A stretch of DNA of 52,723 bases from a virus. Taxonomy: Duplodnaviria; Caudoviricetes. The DNA lies in the IMG/VR virus record IMGVR_UViG_3300027759_000119, positions 1 to 52,723 of that record; one strand, 5' to 3'. Shown here one piece after another: positions 48,108-52,723 of this stretch. A model generated the notes under the pieces. That model saw nothing but the letters and a program-made list of their open reading frames with translations, made no database searches and had not been told where the DNA came from. Numbering within the stretch: position 1 is the first letter of the stretch; each line of letters begins with the position of its first letter. Position numbers and translations under genes: made by a program.

Positions 48108-49251
48108 TGATTTCCTTGATTAGGGTATTTAAACGGTCCTTCTTGCTGGCCAGAAATAACTGTTGGTTATGTTGTATATCTGCACGACACAATTCAAACA
48201 GTTGTGGTAAATCTGGTTGAGTAAAAAAGATTGATCGAGTCAATGCCATCCATCGCTGTGTGGCATTGGGTTCTAGATCGTAACTGTTGTCCAGTATGTT
48301 ATCAAACACACGATATCCTAAATCACGTAGCACTTGTAAACTGCCTGCAGGCCCTGCTACAAAAAACATCTGTCCATGCTTGATGGGTTTGAATGTTTTT
48401 TCAGTTAAAAATGTACCACTGTGCTGAATATCAAAATGTGTTTCCATCACAATATTACAATAACTGTTGACATGATATTTGGGTATCAAGGTGCTGTGAT
48501 TGTTGCGTTGATCAAAATCCAATTCATCACTGATGTAAGGTGCAGACTGTAAGAATTTTTCAGTTCGTGTGCGCAGTCCTGCAATGTCATCAATTTCAAT
48601 GGCACAGTCTGCGTCGACAAATTCACCTGACTCACAGTAACTCCAGTATGACTGAGTCAATATGCCATTGTGTTGCAAGTCTGCCATGGCCAACGCACGC
48701 CACGATTTATGCAATCTGTTGAGCACAGTAAAGTCACGCTCTCTTGGTTCACGGTGTATCTTTAGTGCCGGACTTGACCGATTGCGTTGATAATACCAAA
48801 GTTCAAAGTCTGCAAAGTACACAAAATTTTCCAACTGTTTGGCAGCAGTATTACCACTGACAAATTTGTAACAGTCGTTGCGCAAATTGTGCTTGGTGCA
48901 TAATTCGTCTAACCTAGATTTGATATGGAAAGGGTTGTCTCCTTCATGGTAGTAAAATAGCACACGCACGTCATCAAAGAATAATCCAGCACGTATGCGT
49001 TTAGGCAAGAGTTCAAAGTAATCAATGCTGAAATCGAAGAACCCCAATCCCACAGGGTATAATGCATTAGCCGGCCACTCTGAATCAATGTCTACGATGT
49101 TTAGTTCGACCCCATGAGCAACACAATACTCTTGCAGTCGCAAAGGCACAGTGTAAGGATAATGTTGATCAAAATCCTGGCTTGATGTCTGCGCCAAGGC
49201 AGGATATATCTTACCGTTGACTACGCGGTCCGCTATCAAATTCAATGTCAT
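48094..49251 (-). CDS. Glycosyltransferase-like protein, paralogue B (GT10/GT-B-like TEK motif)
   Basis: FTVLNRLHKSWR and NIVMET..FLTEKTFKPIKHGQMFFVAG..GSLQVLRDLGYRVF..LDNSYD. Confidence 0.5.
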   Translation of the reverse strand: MTLNLIADRVVNGKIYPALAQTSSQDFDQHYPYTVPLRLQEYCVAHGVELNIVDIDSEWPANALYPVGLGFFDFSIDYFELLPKRIRAGLFFDDVRVLFYYHEGDNPFHIKSRLDELCTKHNLRNDCYKFVSGNTAAKQLENFVYFADFELWYYQRNRSSPALKIHREPRERDFTVLNRLHKSWRALAMADLQHNGILTQSYWSYCESGEFVDADCAIEIDDIAGLRTRTEKFLQSAPYISDELDFDQRNNHSTLIPKYHVNSYCNIVMETHFDIQHSGTFLTEKTFKPIKHGQMFFVAGPAGSLQVLRDLGYRVFDNILDNSYDLEPNATQRWMALTRSIFFTQPDLPQLFELCRADIQHNQQLFLASKKDRLNTLIKEINESH

Positions 49252-50398
49252 TTAACATGTCCTGCAGTTCTTGCCATAATATCTGTTCAAAGCCGCCACC
49301 GTAAAAATGATTCCAATTGTGTCGAACAATGTCCCATGCGCTGTCAAATATGGCCTGACGATGTTCTCCTAATTCATCCAATAGTTTCAATGTGTGTGCG
49401 ATCTTCTCTATACGTTTTGAATCATCAGGTTCGTCATCATAACTTTCGTCCCACAGGTCGCCAAATGTTTTAAACCCATAACTGCGCAAGTATTTCAAAC
49501 TGCCCTGTGTGCCCACAATCACAAACGGCATGCCCAGGGCTATAGGCTTAAACGTCTTTTCGGTCAAGTGATGCCTACGTCCTGTGGCCACAGTCTCAGT
49601 AACCAAGTATAACAGGCTTTCAGCACTTTGGTCAAACAAACTGAGCCAACATGAATGCATGGGATGATCAAATTCTCCCTCAAAGTTCAATGGCAAGGAC
49701 TGCTCGGCAAACACAGTGTCAATGTCTGGATATTTTAATTTAAGTGGCTGAACAGCATCCAGTATGGAAACATTTTCTGCAGGGCACGTTTCTGGGCACG
49801 ATACATGATTATCAGTCATGCCCAGTTTGAATATCCAATACAGCATTTCCAATCGGTGCTGTCGTTCTCCTGCCACAATGCGATTAGGTGCTAGAAAAGT
49901 CTTTGTGATAGTTCTTTGTTGCCAAGGAGTAATCAAAAAAGTACGGTCATAACCACGATACCAATCCAATGCTGCCCAGCCATGGAAGAAATAGTAATAA
50001 TGCTGCCAACCAAATTTTTCACACACTGCGCTCACAGTATCGCTGTCACGTTCGCTGGTGATGATTGCACCTATTGTTCGATTGATTTTTAGGGATTTAC
50101 TGTAACCAGAATCCATAGCCATTTGATTTAATTGATTGCGTCGATCTATTACTTGGTGTAAGTCTTGATTGTTGGCAACTACTTGTTCAAATGTGGGCAT
50201 GTGTACGTTCAAATGAATAGGCTCTTGGTCCCACAATAGTGTATAATTGTGTTCAACTAAGTCGTCTCTGCCATAATTAACTAGACTGTCAGGATCTGTT
50301 CTACCAAAAGGTTCGCACCACCATAATCTCACTCCAGGATGATGCCGTTTAATCCAAGGCCAAATGGTGTTATCATAAATCTCATCTATTCTAAGCAT
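49211..50398 (-). CDS. Glycosyltransferase-like protein, paralogue C (GT10/GT-B-like TEK motif)
   Basis: FLAPNRIVAGERQHR and YLVTET..LTEKTFKPIALGMPFVIVG..GSLKYLRSYGFKTF..WDESYD. Confidence 0.5.
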   Translation of the reverse strand: MLRIDEIYDNTIWPWIKRHHPGVRLWWCEPFGRTDPDSLVNYGRDDLVEHNYTLLWDQEPIHLNVHMPTFEQVVANNQDLHQVIDRRNQLNQMAMDSGYSKSLKINRTIGAIITSERDSDTVSAVCEKFGWQHYYYFFHGWAALDWYRGYDRTFLITPWQQRTITKTFLAPNRIVAGERQHRLEMLYWIFKLGMTDNHVSCPETCPAENVSILDAVQPLKLKYPDIDTVFAEQSLPLNFEGEFDHPMHSCWLSLFDQSAESLLYLVTETVATGRRHHLTEKTFKPIALGMPFVIVGTQGSLKYLRSYGFKTFGDLWDESYDDEPDDSKRIEKIAHTLKLLDELGEHRQAIFDSAWDIVRHNWNHFYGGGFEQILWQELQDMLNDIEFDSGPRSQR

Positions 50399-52403
50399 GT
50401 TTGACGTATTTTATTTCAGTGATGGGCGTAAGCCAAATTTGTTTCCACATGAGAGATCAGTGGATTCATTCCAGCATGCACAGAAGTTGAGTCGCACACG
50501 ATTTTTCTGGATTGTGCATTACTTAGCGGACTATGGGGACTGGGACTGGCTTTTTGAACCCCCACCATGGGAGGCTGATCAACGACATGTATGGACCAGT
50601 CAATGGCAACCTGATTCGGGCACATACCTTGTGCCACGTGCCGGCTATGAACACACAAATTATCACACAGATCGCGTCATAACAAGATTGAGCAGTAGAG
50701 ACGGTTGGCGCATACCTCCAAACATAGATGCTGACAGTTTCGACTTCTCTTGGCATCCATTGCCCAGCGATCACTATCAACATCACTTTCCCACACAATG
50801 GCAGAGTGCAGGTGGACCTGTGTACAATTCAGGTGCTGATCAAATCAAAATGGAAACGTGCCAGCATGCAGTGGCACGATCCACCAAAAAGTGTTGGACT
50901 GTGCCTGCGGGAGTTGAACCTGTGGATCAGTCGTGGCATCCAAATCCGTTTGATCCTCCGTACATTTATCAGTTTGGTACGCAACATCAACGCACAGGAG
51001 GACCTACATACACGGTGCCTGGCGCAACAGAAGTAAAATATGTGGATCAAATACGTGCCACAACAAACCGAGTGGCCACAGCCATATACGAAATAGATCA
51101 CTTGTGTGGCTCAGTAGGGCAAATACCTGGAACCACACGGACTGTGCGTTACTTTGACAACTACAGAGACACACTAATACGCATTGCCAAGGGCATAGGC
51201 ACAGAACATGAGTTTGTTTGGATATGTAGCAGCATTTGTGATTACACTGGCTTTGACTTTTCATGGCATCCCGAACAATGGCAGGCCACCATGTTGCATG
51301 TGTTCAAGTCTGACAATGATCAAAAATTTGGAGATACATTCTTCATGCATGTGCCCACATTCGCTGCCAGAGCAGAAAAAAAAGAACTGTTGGAATGGTC
51401 GGATGTGAATTTTGTTGACATTAGTGTACCACGCAGGCCCATGCCAGTGATTGTACACAATGGTGATAGTCAAGTGGATGCAGTTAAAAACACTGAGTGG
51501 GCGGGCCCACTTGCCACGTTTACCAACCATGACTATGTGCCGGGTAATCTTGTGACTGTGCCACTATGGCGGCAAGACACCAAGACCATTGTGCCTGTTG
51601 GTTCAGGTGCAGGCACAGTAGTTGTTCCCAAAGTAGCTGTGCCTTACATAAACACACAGTTGTATGACTATGCTCACATAGACCGCACACAACGTATTTT
51701 GAAAGATCCGCCCTTGGACATTGTGTTCATCAGCAACGGTGAAATAAATGCCGAAATTTACTTTGAACATTTGGCATACACAGCCCACGACGCAAATCAT
51801 AAGAATCTCATGCATCATGTGTCGGGTGTGAATGGTCGTGTGGCAGCATATCAAGCGGCTGCTAGACAAAGTACTACGCCTTGGTTCTTTGCTGTGTTTG
51901 CCAAACTAGAAGTCACTAGAGATTTTGACTGGTCCTGGCAACCGGATCGCATGCAACAACCCAAGCACTATATCTTTCATGCACACAATCCTGTGAACGG
52001 CTTGGTATATGGGCACCAGGCCATGATTGCTTACAACAAACAGCTGGTGTTGGACAACACAGGTGAAGGCCTAGACTTTACCTTGGACCAACCACATGAA
52101 GTTGTGCCCATTGTGTCGGGCACAGCCATGTATCATGATTCGGACTGGATGTGCTGGCGCACTGCATTTCGTGAAGTGCTCAAATTAAAAGCCAGTTTGC
52201 CTGATGTGGAAAGCGAGCACAGACTTAGAACTTGGCTTGGGGTAGATCGTAGTGATGGCGCATGGAGTCAGAAAGGCGCAGAGGACGCTGTGGAGTACTA
52301 CGACTCAGTCGGCGGCGACTTTGAGGCGCTGAAGAAAAGTTATGAGTGGTCTTGGTTGGCCACGTATGCGTTTGTCAAACGCAGTCTAACACCGAATCAA
52401 TAA
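50397..52403 (+). CDS. Multi-repeat GT2-like protein whose C-terminal domain is paralogous to 34406-35332 but lacks DxD
   Basis: Repeated FD(F/W)SW(H/Q)P motifs. C-terminal DIVFISNGE..VSGVNGRVAAYQAAA..NGLVYG..WRTAFREVLK. Confidence 0.6.
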   Translation: MFDVFYFSDGRKPNLFPHERSVDSFQHAQKLSRTRFFWIVHYLADYGDWDWLFEPPPWEADQRHVWTSQWQPDSGTYLVPRAGYEHTNYHTDRVITRLSSRDGWRIPPNIDADSFDFSWHPLPSDHYQHHFPTQWQSAGGPVYNSGADQIKMETCQHAVARSTKKCWTVPAGVEPVDQSWHPNPFDPPYIYQFGTQHQRTGGPTYTVPGATEVKYVDQIRATTNRVATAIYEIDHLCGSVGQIPGTTRTVRYFDNYRDTLIRIAKGIGTEHEFVWICSSICDYTGFDFSWHPEQWQATMLHVFKSDNDQKFGDTFFMHVPTFAARAEKKELLEWSDVNFVDISVPRRPMPVIVHNGDSQVDAVKNTEWAGPLATFTNHDYVPGNLVTVPLWRQDTKTIVPVGSGAGTVVVPKVAVPYINTQLYDYAHIDRTQRILKDPPLDIVFISNGEINAEIYFEHLAYTAHDANHKNLMHHVSGVNGRVAAYQAAARQSTTPWFFAVFAKLEVTRDFDWSWQPDRMQQPKHYIFHAHNPVNGLVYGHQAMIAYNKQLVLDNTGEGLDFTLDQPHEVVPIVSGTAMYHDSDWMCWRTAFREVLKLKASLPDVESEHRLRTWLGVDRSDGAWSQKGAEDAVEYYDSVGGDFEALKKSYEWSWLATYAFVKRSLTPNQ

Positions 52404-52723
52404 CATACTCAACTTCCAAGTCTGTTAGTTCAGGATAGATAGGTAGACTCAAACATCTACGTGCTAGACTACTGCCAGCACTGAGCAAGTCTGGTCCGGG
52501 ATAGTGTTGATATGCTGGCAACTCATGCATGGGTGTTGCATAATGCACTTTGGTCTCAACGCCACGCAAGGCAAGATTACGTTGTAGTATATCTCGTTTG
52601 TCTGTATGTATTACAAACTTGTGAAAGCAGTGTTGATCAAAGTTGGTGTCATCAATTAAACAAGTGATATCAGGATTTTGTTTCAACATCTCCATCCAGT
52701 GTTGAGCAATGGTGCGTCTACGT
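52375..52723 (-). CDS. DegT/DnrJ/EryC1/StrS family PLP-dependent sugar aminotransferase (C-terminal part; start lies beyond the window)
   Basis: The frame is open to the window edge: RRRTIAQHW..HKFVI..RDILQ..L..GVETKVHY..PMH..PAY..LSLPIYPELTDLEVEYVI. Confidence 0.9.
   Translation of the reverse strand, partial: RRRTIAQHWMEMLKQNPDITCLIDDTNFDQHCFHKFVIHTDKRDILQRNLALRGVETKVHYATPMHELPAYQHYPGPDLLSAGSSLARRCLSLPIYPELTDLEVEYVIDSVLDCV

Noticed and set aside
1-52723. Alternative genetic code (stop-codon reassignment), as in some large phages
   Set aside because: Genes are full length and tightly packed under the standard code, and TAA, TGA and TAG all terminate genes.
1-52723. tRNA, rRNA, integrase or transposase
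   Set aside because: None was recognised. Intergenic gaps are mostly under 60 nt, and the largest (1238-1349) is occupied by divergent promoters.

Overview
This window is a segment of a large T4-like (myovirus or jumbo-type) tailed phage genome that uses the standard genetic code. It has three blocks. (1) 1-1237, minus strand: a gp55-like late sigma factor and the 5' end of a gp47/Mre11-type recombination nuclease, behind a near-consensus sigma70 promoter. (2) 1350-32179, plus strand: late virion genes, several preceded by TAAATA late-promoter boxes. They comprise gp48/54-like, gp53, a hub protein, gp5-like, gp25, gp6, a 5173-aa gp7-like giant modular protein, a tail fibre with an autocleaving C-terminal chaperone and other virion proteins, and the block ends at an intrinsic terminator. 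(3) 32234 to the window end: a dense enzyme island of at least 20 kb. It holds about seven glycosyltransferase-like genes from three families, six tandem radical SAM enzymes with an N-terminal twitch/SPASM domain, a NodU/TobZ-type O-carbamoyltransferase preceded by an unannotated 33-aa peptide, an amidinotransferase and a DegT/StrS aminotransferase. This enzyme set follows the logic of aminoglycoside/streptidine biosynthesis (oxidise, transaminate, amidinate, carbamoylate, glycosylate) but is encoded by a phage. It is the best candidate for an undescribed system, most plausibly making a heavily modified glycan for the virion, the host surface or DNA. All family calls come from motifs recognised by eye; no database search was run.
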